A stretch of 64,000 nt of DNA from Octopus vulgaris. Taxonomy: Eukaryota. How positions within the stretch are numbered: the stretch's first letter is position 1; each line of letters starts with the position of its first letter. Below, in pieces: positions 1 through 11,984 of the stretch. The notes under the pieces were generated by a model that ran no database searches, was not told the DNA's origin, and worked only from the letters and a program-made list of their open reading frames with translations. Location: assembly GCA_951406725.2 (NCBI GenBank), contig OX597820.1:24614001-24678000 (forward strand), given 5' to 3'. A program made the translations under genes and the position numbers.

Positions 1-450
1 TAAATACGTATATATATATATATGTATATGCATATATATGTAGGTAACTGGATATGAATGTAAACAGATAGACTTACAGACATGGTTATACTATAACAAA
101 AGAAATGAGATGTTTACAATAATTCCTCTCAACAGGATAAGATTTCAATTCACTTGCAATGAGCAAGATCTGCGAGTGTCATGGTCGTTTACGCAATTCA
201 CGTCCGTATATATGTCACAAAAGTATCCATACATCCCAATATTTGAGCTGTAGACATACTGTCTCCTTACTTTGCTACTGCTACACCAGCAGACTCAGTT
301 CATCGGAATTGACTGCTCGCATACCATCGCCATTTAAACTCCCCTTTCTTTTGCCTCTAATTCTCCTCTTGTTCCCCATATTTCGACCCTGAATCAACCC
401 TTAGTTTGATGTGAGTCATTAGAACCAGTCGTTTCTTCCAAAAACTTATT

Positions 451-869
451 TGTGGTTAAGAAGCTCGATTTGTACCCATGTATTTTCGGTTCCAGTTCCA
501 CAGCTCAGCATCTTGGGTCTAGAATATCTTTCTATAATCCCGGGTCGACTAATTTCTTGTGGGTGAATTTGTTAGGTGGAAACTGTGTAGAAGCCTGTAC
601 ATATATAGATATATGTTAACATGTGACATTATTGACCGAGGTTACCGTGGTGTTTTCCGTAGGCTTTTCTTTCAACGGATAAACCTTATCTGTTTCCCCC
701 TTTACTCTTTACATCGGGACATTTTTGTGATACACGATCCCTATTGATCGTTTTCTTTTTTACGATCCCTTTTGATCGAAAACATACCCTCCCATTTTTT
801 CTCCCCCAAAAGAAAAGCTCTAGTTTGTAATTTGTCCCCTCTGTGTTCAGCCCTGTGTGGTTAATAAAG

Positions 870-906
<37 letters not shown>

Positions 907-1115
907 TATATATATATATCAATGGGTGTGTGTCCTTGTATGTTTGTTGCCGCTTTACAAGTGTTGGTTTGTTGCGTTCCTGTATGCTAGCAGTTCGACA
1001 ACAGTGAACAATAGAATAAATATCAAATTTAAACAAAATAAGTACTGTGGTCGATGTGTTCGAATCATGGCCGCCGTCCAGTGACTGATACAAGTAAAAA
1101 AATAATTATAAAAGA
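451..1115 (+). mobile_element. SINE family B (tRNA-like head, central microsatellite), decayed, interrupted by a LINE 3' fragment
   Basis: Head tgtggttaagaagct...ggttccagttcc and tail catggccgccgtccagtgactgatacaagtaaaa match the better copies at 26122 and 60784. Confidence 0.7.
612..872 (+). mobile_element. 3' UTR fragment of Tx1/L1-like LINE
   Basis: Reverse complement of 15641-16030 and 16935-17350; ends aataaagaaa directly before (CA)n. Confidence 0.85.
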
Positions 1116-1129
1116 TAATACGTCGGCCT

Positions 1130-1398
1130 TTTCAATTCTAGCCAGGCTCATGGGCCCGGTTTCTGTGGCTGGACGGGACGCTAGTCCATCGCAGCGTAAC
1201 TCAAGAAACAGGAATAGAGAGTGAGAAAAAGTTGTGGCGAAAGAGTACAACAGTGTCGCCACCATCCCTTGCCAGAGCCTCTTGTAGCTTTTAAGTGTTT
1301 TGCGCTCAATAAACACACACAACGCCTGATCTGGGAATCGAAACCGCGATCCTCCGACCGCAAGTCCGCTGCCCTAACCACTGGGCCATTGCGCCTCC
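1130..1398 (-). mobile_element. SINE family A (tRNA-derived head)
   Basis: Minus strand begins ggaggcgcaatggcccagtggttagggcagcggac...gtttcgattccc (A/B-box-like); near-identical copies at 22997, 39421, 51150. Confidence 0.85.
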
Positions 1399-2396
1399 GC
1401 GATAAAAAGATAATATTGCATTAATATTCTATCTGCGAAACTTCCTGTTTTGCCGCAGTCCTCAACTTGTAACTACTCAAGTGGAAAAATAATCGTGTAT
1501 CTTATCGGTATCAAGAGGCCCTTGAAGACCATAGGCATAATCCTTTCCTTCTGAACGATACCAATACAATTTTTAAAATATATAATAAATTAATAAATAT
1601 TCTTTTGATCTCACCAGCATACATTTTAATAGTTTCTTAATGGCAGCAATATGAATATGATTTGCATAAATGATAGATAACACCTATCACATATTGAATC
1701 CTTGCCGCGTACCAGCATGAACATATTTCAAATTTTGTAAAATACGGAGACTTTTGTTCATATTCCAATTAATTATGGCAAACAATATTTTTATCTTTAT
1801 TTTTCCTTTTTGCTGCAGCCCGTGCGATAAAACATCTTGATAATTAGATTTATCAGACGTCGTTTAAATAGACTTTTATTTATCGATTGAAAATCTTACG
1901 AGACACGTAAGACATGATTCTAGGAAAGAACTGAGAGGCGTGGTTGTGTGTTTAAGGAGTTCTCTTCACAATCATTTTATTCCGGGTTCGATTTTACCGC
2001 GCGGCGCTTTGAGAAAATATATATATATTCTACCACAACATCGATTGAGCAATACTTGATGATTGGTGTTTGCTACATAGAAGCTGTATGACAGACTGAT
2101 GTGCATGTGAATATCTGTCTATCTGCCTCTGTCTGTCTGTTTCTCTCTCACCTTCTCTCTCTCTGTCTGTATGTCTGTCTCTCTCTCGCTCTCTACACAC
2201 ACTCATATAGACATTGGAATTTTTCATTTGCTGATTACACAACCACTGACGCCACTCCTGTAGATGCGTTGCTATTACTTTCTTGGTAGAGTTTGATGGT
2301 TCTGACCGTTGATTTTCTAAGATTTCTCCGCTCAGCATCAATGTAAGAAGCACTGTTCACTCAGATGAGGTCTTCCGCTACCTCTTCAAAATCCGC

Positions 2397-2729
2397 CATG
2401 CTGCAATCCCATGACTTCGCCGTATCCCTGGTAGGGTTGCATATACCTTATACATTAAGTAAATACAGTATTTTAATTTAGTGCATTTTTCTCGCGTATG
2501 CATAGTATCGATCGCAACAGCTGATGTACTTGCGCGTCCAAATGCACGTTCCCACGGATTTATCGATCACATTCTCACCTGGAATAGATTTTTGTATATT
2601 TTTCAAGACTTATACACGCTCTGATACCGTCGGTATCTACATATCAAATTTAAGTGCAATCGGATGGAGGATGCCCGAGATCCTAGAAGACACACACACA
2701 GACAGACAGAACGGATTTTATATAATAGA
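2397..2729 (-). mobile_element. Decayed non-autonomous Helitron
   Basis: Minus strand starts TC-tattatataaaa then (ctgt)n/(gt)n; ends in a degenerate GC hairpin followed by cagcatg in place of cagCTAG. Confidence 0.5.
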
Positions 2730-3184
2730 AATTATTTGAATTACTTTAGCAGCAATATTGTCCATTTTAATGACGTTGTTTCTAGCATCGCTCAAAACAT
2801 ATTATTTTCCTCCATCTCTTGACCTCATTGTGCTTAACTCCATTTATTTTATAACTTCTTTTACTTGTCCCAATATTGGAAACTATTTTTCCCTAATTAT
2901 TTATCTGCTGGGGCAAGGTTTCGTTGATCATTGGCTGTGAGAAGGATAATTTCAGCTACTGTCGTTAATAAAATGTGCTCGACTCCAGTATTCTCACAAC
3001 AGTTTCTATTTTGTTTGTTCTTTCTTTCTTTCTTTTACTTAATTTATTTATTTTGGCGTTTTGTCGTCTCAAGTACACTTATGCTGATGGTTCGACCTTC
3101 GGTACACAAAAGATATTGTGAAGAGATCTCTCTGACTAGCATCATTGACGATGAAGAAACAACATTTTCTCCATCAAATCCGCT

Positions 3185-3615
3185 CACCACAATCACCATC
3201 ACCATCATGACCATACCACTACAACTACTTACAACAGTAACAAAAACATATACTACTACTACTACTACTACTACTACTAGTAGTAGTAGTAGTATATATT
3301 TTTGTTACTGTTGTAAGTAGTTGTAGGAGTAGTAGTAATAATGATGATAATGATGGTAATACTGATAATAATAATAATAATAATGATAATATTGTTATAC
3401 TACCATTTTGATTGCAGTAACTGTTACTAAAATCACTGACATTACTACTCATTACTACTAGCACATACTCAACAATTACTTAAGAAATGCGCCTCACCAT
3501 CACTATCACCATCACCATCAACACCACCACCACCACCACCACCACTACGCTCTGTCCCACACCACCACCACCACCACCACCACCATTACCACTACCCTCT
3601 GTTCCATTACCACCA

Positions 3616-3647
<32 letters not shown>

Positions 3648-3800
3648 ACCACCACCACCCACCAGTACCACCACAACCACCACCACCACCAGCACAAACA
3701 GAACCACCTTCAGGACAAACAACAACACTAACACAAGCACAACAACGACGACAACGACGACCACCACCACCACAGCTACCACCATCAATAACAACAGCAA
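3185..3800. repeat. Mosaic trinucleotide low-complexity tract (CAC/CAA/TAC/CCG)
   Basis: Directly visible; source of the poly-T/P/V/G ORFs. Confidence 0.95.
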
Positions 3801-4049
3801 ATTCTATCAACCTTTCGTTGCTAGGCCACTTACAGTTTATTAGTCGCCATCTTCGTAATAAATTATTGATTGTGTTGTGTTACCTTCGGTTCTCGCTACC
3901 ATTAGTAAACATACACTTTACACGTTACACATATCCATGAATACAATGTGATAAACACACATTCAAGAATTGTCACATATAGAGGAGTATACAGTATATA
4001 CATACAAACATACGAACATAGAAGAGAGATGACCTGTAAGTGGAGATCC

Positions 4050-4102
<53 letters not shown>

Positions 4103-4646
4103 ATCTTTTAATTTGTCTTGCTCGTTTACGTTCTGGCGCTTGCTAAATTTACTTGAGAACATTCTTTTCTTAATGGTAAGACCATATCGGATCTTCTTCT
4201 AGCGTAATTGATGTCCACTTACAGGTCATCCCCCTTATATGTATGTAATATAATATTTTCTGAAACTTCAAATTTGTCAATATGCTAGACCACTGGTTTT
4301 AAATTGATATTAATCAAATTAATATTCATTTTTTCACCCTTAAATACAAACACGTATATAAACACACATGCATGCATACATACACATGTATGCATGCATA
4401 CATGCACATATACATACATACGTCCATGTATGCACACATATGCGCATACTCACATAAATACAAACATACGTATATGCGTGCGTACATAAAGGCATACATA
4501 CATACGTGCATGCATGAATACATGTATTCATATAAGCATTCATACATAATACACGCATACATAAATATATACATATACATACATACATACATACATACAT
4601 ACATACATACATACATACATACATACATACATGCATATGGCATGAG

Positions 4647-4980
4647 GTGACCCCCTTTGGTCATGAAGGACCATGGCATTGCACCTAGAAAGTTACCTTC
4701 CGAGGCACCAGTGTGGGAAAGTTTGTTTATGGAAGACCAGTAGTCGCTCATGCATACCATTTTCCCCTCTCCACGCCACCGATATTTTCCAAGGGAAACA
4801 CAAGGCCGACACAGCTTGACCCCAGTGATGTTGTTACTCATTTCTATAGCTGAGTGAAATGGAGCAACGGGAAATGAAGTGTCTTGCTCAAGAACACAAC
4901 ACGCAGCCCGGTCCGGGAATCGAACTCACAACCTCATGATCGTAATCTCGACGCTCTAAGCACTGTGCCATGCGCCTTCA
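4647..4980 (-). mobile_element. SINE family D (tRNA head, CORE-like segment, distinct tail)
   Basis: Minus strand tgaaggcgcatggcacagtgcttagagcgtcgag...gagttcgattccc then ttgtgttcttgagcaagacactt; tail repeated at 11042-11240. Confidence 0.8.
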
Positions 4981-5224
4981 ATTAATGCATATATACATAT
5001 AGGCGGTGCTCTTTTAAGGTGTTGCTCCAGCACGACCGCAGTGAAATGAATGAAACATGTAAAAGAATAAAAGAATTCAAAGATTATGCATGCATACATA
5101 AATACCCACATACGTAAATAAATACATAATTATACATAGATACAATCATGCATATACAAATACATACACACATGCATACATATACGCATTTATACATACA
5201 AACATACACACATGCATGCATAAA

Positions 5225-5750
5225 TATTGGTTTGTCCGGAAAGTTTGTACCGATTTTTAGAGGAAAGAAAAGGGTCAATAAATAATTGCCATTATATTTT
5301 TAATCGACCAAATATGAACCATTTTGTTGCACAATGCATCTCCATCTTTCCTTTAACTTGAAAATACCCTCTTCCAAGAATTGAGGTGGTTTCATGGCAA
5401 ATAAATCATCAAGGTATCTTTTTACGTCATCCAAAGAATTGAAATTTTTACCATTAAGACTATTCTGCAGGGACCTGAATAAGTGGAAATCTGAAGGAAC
5501 AATATCTGGTGAATATGGAGGGTGGGGTAACACATCCCAGCCGAGCTGCAGCAATTTTTGTCTGGTTCCCAAAGCATCAAGTGCCGAAAATGGACTTTCT
5601 TATCTTCCATTTTAAAGGGTTACAGAATTAACACAGGTTATAGGAACATAAACCTCCCCCCACAAAAAGATAGCTTAAACTGTGCTCTAAATGGAGGTGT
5701 AGCAAAATCCTGTTTTGTGGACTCAACTATGTTCTAAAATCAAAATCAAA
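5225..5750 (-). mobile_element. Internally deleted mariner element
   Basis: One TIR-like end at 5225 (tattggtttgtccggaaagtttgtaccgatttt); transposase start MEDKKVHFRHLMLWE fused to the C-terminus. Confidence 0.85.
5300..5610 (-). pseudogene. Mariner transposase remnant (N-terminal 15 aa joined to C-terminal ~88 aa)
   Basis: LGWDVLPHPPYSPDIVPSDFHLFRSLQNSL...ERWRCIVQQNGSY is the mariner YSPDLAP(S)D region. Confidence 0.92.
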
Positions 5751-5751
5751 A

Positions 5752-5842
5752 TCAATGGCTTACAAACGCCTTCCATGCTGCAATTGTTTTCGTTCCAGCA
5801 CACGATCTCAGATCATGTCACTTGCTATGCAAGTACATCTCC

Positions 5843-5843
<1 letters not shown>
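5752..5843 (+). mobile_element. 3' fragment of the fold-back element family at 21991-22340
   Basis: Diverged reverse complement of 21991-22080, ending at the same point and abutting (TA)n. Confidence 0.8.
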
Positions 5844-5889
<46 letters not shown>

Positions 5890-5917
5890 TTTCAAATACT
5901 GGTACACGGTTCGGTCG

Positions 5918-7132
5918 ATGATGATGACGACGTCGACGACGATGATGATAATGATGACGATGGTGATGATGACGATGACGATGATGGTGACGATGGTAAT
6001 GATAACGATGATGATGATGACTATAACGATGATGATGGTGACGATGATGATAATGAGGTATTGATGATAATGACGACGACGATGACGAAGATTATGATAA
6101 TGATGACGATGATGATGTTGATGTCGAGGACGACGACGACGATGATGACGTCGATGAAGATGACGATGACGATGATGATGATATTAATGTTAATGACAGA
6201 AGCGAGAAAAGGCGTTAAGAATGCCAAAGCCAACGAAGAAACAAGAACACTTAAAAGTGAAAACAAACACACATTGAGCGTATTAATGTGTATTACTCAA
6301 ATACCTGCTAATCTTGCACATAACTTCCTGCATCAGCACCACCAGCACCACCGCCAGTACCATCGCCTTTAGCGTCATGATTATCATCAACATCATCATC
6401 ATCGTCATCAAAATCAATGCCGAAATTACTAGCATCAGCGCCACCAATAACAACAGCATTTAATCAGGATAGCAATAAAATGTAATATTACTAGCGTCAC
6501 ATTGGCATCACCATCACCATCACCATCATCATCATCAGCAGCAGCATCAGCATCATCATCATCAGCTTCATCATCATTATCATTATCAGCATCACCACCA
6601 ACACCACCATCACCATCACTGCCACCACCACCACCACAATCATCATCATCATCATCAACACCACCACAACTATCACCACCACCACCACCACCACCACCAC
6701 CATCGCAATCACCACCACCACCATCACCACCACCAGTAACAGTATAACAACGATTATCACCCCGACGACGGCCACCAGTATCATCACCATCATCATCATC
6801 ATCATCGTCACTACCACCAATAATGTCGCCGCCGCCACCACCACCATCACCACCACCACCAACAACGACAACAACAAAAATAACCTCTCACCACCATCGC
6901 TGCCACCAACACAACAAGTACCATCACTACCATCCTCACCACTATCACTACCTTCACCACCATGTCACGAGCATTGCCCCCCACCCCCACAACCAACACC
7001 ACTACCACCACCATCACTATCACTACAATCACAACCACCGCCTCCACCAACACCACAACCACCACCCCGACCATCACCACTATAACCACCACGACTAACA
7101 CCATGGACAATAACAACAGCATCAGCAGCATA
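5918..7132. repeat. (GAT/GAC)n tract, short unique spacer, then (CAT/CAC)n mosaic
   Basis: Directly visible. Confidence 0.95.
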
Positions 7133-7134
7133 CA

Positions 7135-7291
7135 GTTCTATATTTAAGAGATGAGGAATTATGTACATTATTTACATTTGATGGATATTTGTTGTTAAAA
7201 CGTTTCGGGAATGATATACTCCCCAGCCATCATCAGGTGTCTTGGGGAAATTTCGAACCTGGGTTCTCCTTCCTAAGGTGTTTTTCAATGC

Positions 7292-7292
<1 letters not shown>
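7135..7292 (-). mobile_element. 3' part of a SINE carrying a degenerate minimal hammerhead motif (7199-7239)
   Basis: Minus strand cac-CTGATGA-t-ggctg gggagtatat cattccc-GAAA-cg-TT. Confidence 0.55.
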
Positions 7293-7349
<57 letters not shown>

Positions 7350-7902
7350 GAGTGAGCGAGCAGAGCATGCCATCAAAGTGACACTGGGTAAAATATACGA
7401 AGCCCAGTATACCCATCATGACTACCCGTCTGATAAGGGTACACCAGGCACATGCATCACAACCATATGTGCGCGACATGGTGATCTCATATCAAGATAA
7501 ACAGCACATGACCTTGCAGGTGGGGCCCAGTTAGAATTTTCTTCAGGTTGAGTAGCCCATCCCGCTCAAACGGTCCCTGAATAAGGGTTGTTTAAGGGTG
7601 TTGAAAGAACCACCCATGTTTCCAGAGGTGAACTATTCAAACCCCAGAGAATCCCTCTCAACACATGGCTATGATGCTCCCCCACTACTTCTGCTCGTGA
7701 TCAGAGATGCACATATCGTCAGCCACTAAGGGACATGCTCAACTGGTTATGGTCAAACAACTGACAAGCAAATCTGTGGTATTGAGCAGAATATTTGCTG
7801 TAGCCCATCTTTTATACCAAGACAAAACAATGTACATGATAACACTTCCAATCAGTTAAGATCAGAAGCCATGAGAGCCACTGCCTGGTACTGCATCAGG
7901 GC

Positions 7903-7905
<3 letters not shown>
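7350..7905 (-). mobile_element. Non-coding (AAT)n-embedded retroposon, longest copy
   Basis: Flanked by (TAT)n on both sides; same 3' end (...ctcactc-aataat) as three other copies. Confidence 0.85.
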
Positions 7906-7951
<46 letters not shown>

Positions 7952-8472
7952 GAGTGAGAGAGCAATGCATGCCATCAAAGTGACACTGGGGTAAAATATA
8001 CGAAGCCCAGTATACCCATTATGACTACCTGTCTGATAAGAGTACACCAGGCACATGAATCACAACCATATGTGCGCGACGTGGTGATCTCATATGAAGA
8101 TAAACAGCGCATGACCTTGCAGGTGGAGCCCAGTTAGAATTTTCTTCTGGTCGAGTAGCCCATTCCACTCAAAAGGTCCCTGAATAAGGTTTCTTTAAGG
8201 ATATTGAACGAAGCATCCATGTTTCTAAAGGTGAATTATCCAAACCTCACACGGCTATGATGCTCCGCCACTAGTCCTGCTTGTGATTAGAGATGCACAT
8301 ATTGTCAGCTACTAGGGGACATGGTCAACTGGTTATGGTCAAACAACTGACAAGCAAATCTGTGGTATTGAGCAGAATATTTTCTGTAGCCCATCTTTTA
8401 TACCAAGACAAAGCAATATACATGATAACACTTCCAATCAGTTAAGATCAGCAGCCATGAGAGCCATTGCCC
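7952..8472 (-). mobile_element. Second tandem copy of the (AAT)n-embedded retroposon
   Basis: Diverged direct repeat of 7350-7885 in the same (TAT)n tract. Confidence 0.85.
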
Positions 8473-8540
8473 GTTATTTATATTATTATTATTATTATTA
8501 TTATTGTTGTTGTTGTTGTTATTGTTGTTGTTGTTGTTGT

Positions 8541-8612
8541 TATCCAGGTGACTGCCTTGAATAGAACTCGGAATCTTGGGGTTAGTAGCCCGCGCTCTTA
8601 ACCATTACGGCA
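8541..8612 (-). mobile_element. tRNA-derived SINE head
   Basis: Minus strand tgccgtaatggttaagagcgc ggg-ctactaa-ccc aagattccgagttctattc: A-box, anticodon-like stem-loop, B-box. Confidence 0.7.
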
Positions 8613-8629
8613 AATGTAAAATAATATAG

Positions 8630-10470
8630 CAACAGCAGCATTTACAACAAAATTATGATGGCCACCACTTTCTCTACCATTACCATCATCACCACACACA
8701 ATTGCTGCCACCACCGCCACCACCACCACCACCACCACCACCACCACCACCCACCACCATCAACAACAGCAACAACAGGGACAGCAAAAACATTACAATG
8801 GCCAATACCACCACCACAATCAATACCATCAGCAGGGCTAGCACTACCATCATAACTATCATCAGTATTACCACCACCGTCACTACTACCTCCACCACCA
8901 TCATCACCACCACCACTACCACCATGACAACAACCACCATCTCCACAACCAACACCACCATCATCACCAGCATCACGATCACGATCACCACCACAACCAC
9001 TACAACCCACAACACCTTGTATCACGACAACCACTTCCTCCAGCATCGTCAACCATCATTCCCACCACCACCTCCACCACCACAACCACTATCACCAGCA
9101 GCACCGCTTCCACAATCACCACAACTACTACCATTAGCATCACCACCAACAACCTCTAGAATTACCGACACCAGGAACATCACTACCACCACCACCACCA
9201 CTACAATCACTACAACATCAACAACAATAAGAACATCAACAACGAAGCCACGAAGAGCAAGAAGTAGAAATTACCAACGAAGGGGGAAAAGGAAAAGCAT
9301 CCAGCAATTGTATGGTGAAATTGTTAAATGCTGTTTGAATCAATATAGCACTCACTTATAGGTGACATATTGATTATTTTTATTATACAGTGTGACAGAT
9401 GTAAATGGTGTCATGACGTAATGACATTGACAGGCTGAATAACGTTGTTAGGAGGGGAAATAACGTTTAGTTAGTGGAGATGGTGTTGGTGGTAGTGGTG
9501 GTGGTGGTGGTTGTGGTGGTGGTAGTAGTGGTGGTGGTGGTGGTATTTATGGTGGCGGTGGCGGTGGTGGTTGTGATGGTTGTGACGTGATGACGATGAT
9601 GATGATGGTGATTGTAGTGGTCATAGCGCTAGGAGTGGTGGTGGTGGTTGTGGTGGTGATGGTTGTGGTGGTGGGTGTGGTGGTGGGTGTGGTGGTGGGT
9701 GTGGTGGTTGTGGTGGTGGTAGTGATGGTGGTGATAGTGGCGTGAGTATGATGGTGACGGTTGTGATGCTACTGATAATGATGGTGGTAATTCCATGGCA
9801 ATCGGAATGACGTCTAGTGATGTTAGCCATGATGGTGGGCATGATGGTGGCAGTGGTGGTGGTGGTGGTGGTAGTAGTAGTGATAGTGGGGGTTGTTGGT
9901 GACGGATGGTGAACGTTTTGATGGTAGTTGCGATTATAGTTATGGTGGTGGTGGTGGCGATTGTGGTAGTGGTGGTGGTGATGACCACGTGATGGTAGTT
10001 GTGATGGCTGTATCGGTAGTCGTCGTGGCCCTTGGTGTATTAGTTGTTGATGATAGAAGCCAAAGTGGCCGATATACTTTTTTTAGTGGCTCGTATAGAT
10101 GTGGAAACAACTGCAGCAGCAAGAACAGAAATAACAACAACAGCAATACCAGCAACAGCCGTGCCAGCGGTAGTAGTAGTAGTAGTAGTAGTGGTGGTGT
10201 TGGTGGTAGCGGTGGTGGTAGTAGTAGTAGTGGGGATTTTAGTGGTGGTAGTAGTAGCAGTAATAGTGGTAGTAGTGGTGGTGGTGGTGGTGGTGGTGGT
10301 TGTAGTAGTAGCAGTAGCAGTAGCAGTAGTCATGACGATGGAGTAGTACTGCTAAAAGCGTCGATAGTAGTGGATATGGCATTGTTGGTGGTTTGGTGAT
10401 GCTACTGGTGTTTCTGCTGCTGTTGTTGTTGTTGGCGGTGGTGGTGTTAGTGGTGATGGTAGTGGTGGTG
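8630..10470. repeat. (CAC/CAA)n mosaic, ~230-bp unique spacer, then (GGT/AGT)n mosaic
   Basis: Directly visible; repeat polarity switches across 9250-9475. Confidence 0.95.
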
Positions 10471-10903
10471 TTGCGCTCGTTATCGTTTGCATTCTTAGTA
10501 ACGTTTGAGTGTCTGTATGAAGATGTAGGTAAGATGATGAATGGTTGCTATGCTGGTGGTTATGTTCCATCGTGTGAACAGCGTCAACATATATGGAACA
10601 AAAAAGATAGGAGGAACAAACGCTTAGTGGGATGAACTTGCCGTCAGATTTATGTCTTTTTTCATTATGTTATGCATACAAACATATGTTACCTACTTAC
10701 ATACCTACCTACTTACCTTCCTTCCTTCATACCTACATGGTGGTACCCTGTCACCAATTATTTACAGAGCATAATCGGCAGCATAAAACTCAAACCGAAC
10801 ATCCCAAGAGTTTAAAATTATATTAATGATAATAATGATAGCAATAATAATAATACTACTACTACTACTACTACTACTAATAATAATAATAATAATAATA
10901 ATA

Positions 10904-10995
10904 ACCCTTATCAGACGGGTAGTCATGATGGGTATATTGGGCTTCGTATATTTTACCCCAGTGTCACTTTGATGGCATGCACTGCTCTCTCACTC
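10904..10995 (+). mobile_element. 5'-truncated copy of the (AAT)n-embedded retroposon
   Basis: Reverse complement of 7350-7441, (AAT)n on both sides. Confidence 0.85.
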
Positions 10996-11041
10996 AATAA
11001 TAATAATAATAATAATAATAATGATAATAATTGTTGTTGTT

Positions 11042-11533
11042 GTGACCCCCTTCGGTCATGAATGACCATGGGACGGCACCTAGAAAGTTACCCTCCGAGG
11101 CACAAGTCTTGGCAAGGTTGTTTATGGAAAACCAGCAGTCGCCCACGCATACCAGCCTCTCCTCTCCACGCCACCGATGTTATCCAAGGTAAAGGCAAAG
11201 GCCGATACAGCTTGGCACCTGTGACGACGCAATTCATTTATTAACGTGCATGCCACAGACACGTGTACCCTTAACGTAGGTCTCGGGGAGATTGAGCGTG
11301 ACACAGAATGTGACAATGGCCCTTTGAAATACAGGTACAACAGAAACAAGAAAAAAGAGAGATAAAGTTGTGGGGAAAGAGTACAGCAGGGTTCACCCAC
11401 ATCCCCTGTCGGAGCATTGTGGAGCTTAACGTGTTTTCGCTCAATAAACACTCACAATGCTCAGTCTGGGAATCAAAACCGCGATCCTAAGACCGCACAT
11501 CCGCTGCTCTAAGCACTCGGCCATTGCACCTCC
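11042..11533 (-). mobile_element. Composite SINE region (family D tail, family E segment, family A-type head)
   Basis: Segments match 4647-4830, 13415-13500 and 1200-1398. Confidence 0.7.
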
Positions 11534-11586
11534 GCAACAACAACAACAACAACAATAACAAAAACAACAACAACAACAACAACAAA

Positions 11587-11640
<54 letters not shown>

Positions 11641-11641
<1 letters not shown>

Positions 11642-11906
11642 GTGTTTCGTTCAACGTCCTTAAACAACCCTTATTCAGGGACCTTTTGAGCGGGATGGGT
11701 TACTCGATCTGATGAAAATTCTAACTGGGCTCCACCTGCAAGGTCATGTGCTGTTTATCTTGATATGAGATCACCATGTCGCGCACATATGGTTGTGATG
11801 CATGTGCCTGGTGTACCCTTATCAGACGGGTAGTCATGATGGGTATACTGGGCTTCGTATATTTTACCCCAGTGTCACTTTGATGGCATGCTCTGCTCGC
11901 TCACTC
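11641..11906 (+). mobile_element. 5'-truncated copy of the (AAT)n-embedded retroposon
   Basis: Reverse complement of ~7350-7615, (AAT)n on both sides. Confidence 0.85.
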
Positions 11907-11965
<59 letters not shown>

Positions 11966-11984
11966 CAATAACAACCACAACAAT

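Noticed and set aside
1320-1398. tRNA-like sequences at SINE heads
   Set aside because: No complete cloverleaf or acceptor stem, and each continues into a repeated SINE body; not tRNA genes
7290-8540. Repeat-spacer-repeat pattern resembling a CRISPR array
   Set aside because: The repeats are variable (TAT)n tracts and the 'spacers' are copies of one another; eukaryotic context, no cas genes
3480-10570. Poly-Pro/Thr/His/Val/Gly ORFs (mucin- or extensin-like)
   Set aside because: Open in several frames on both strands simply because trinucleotide mosaics lack stops; no splice signals or unique coding sequence
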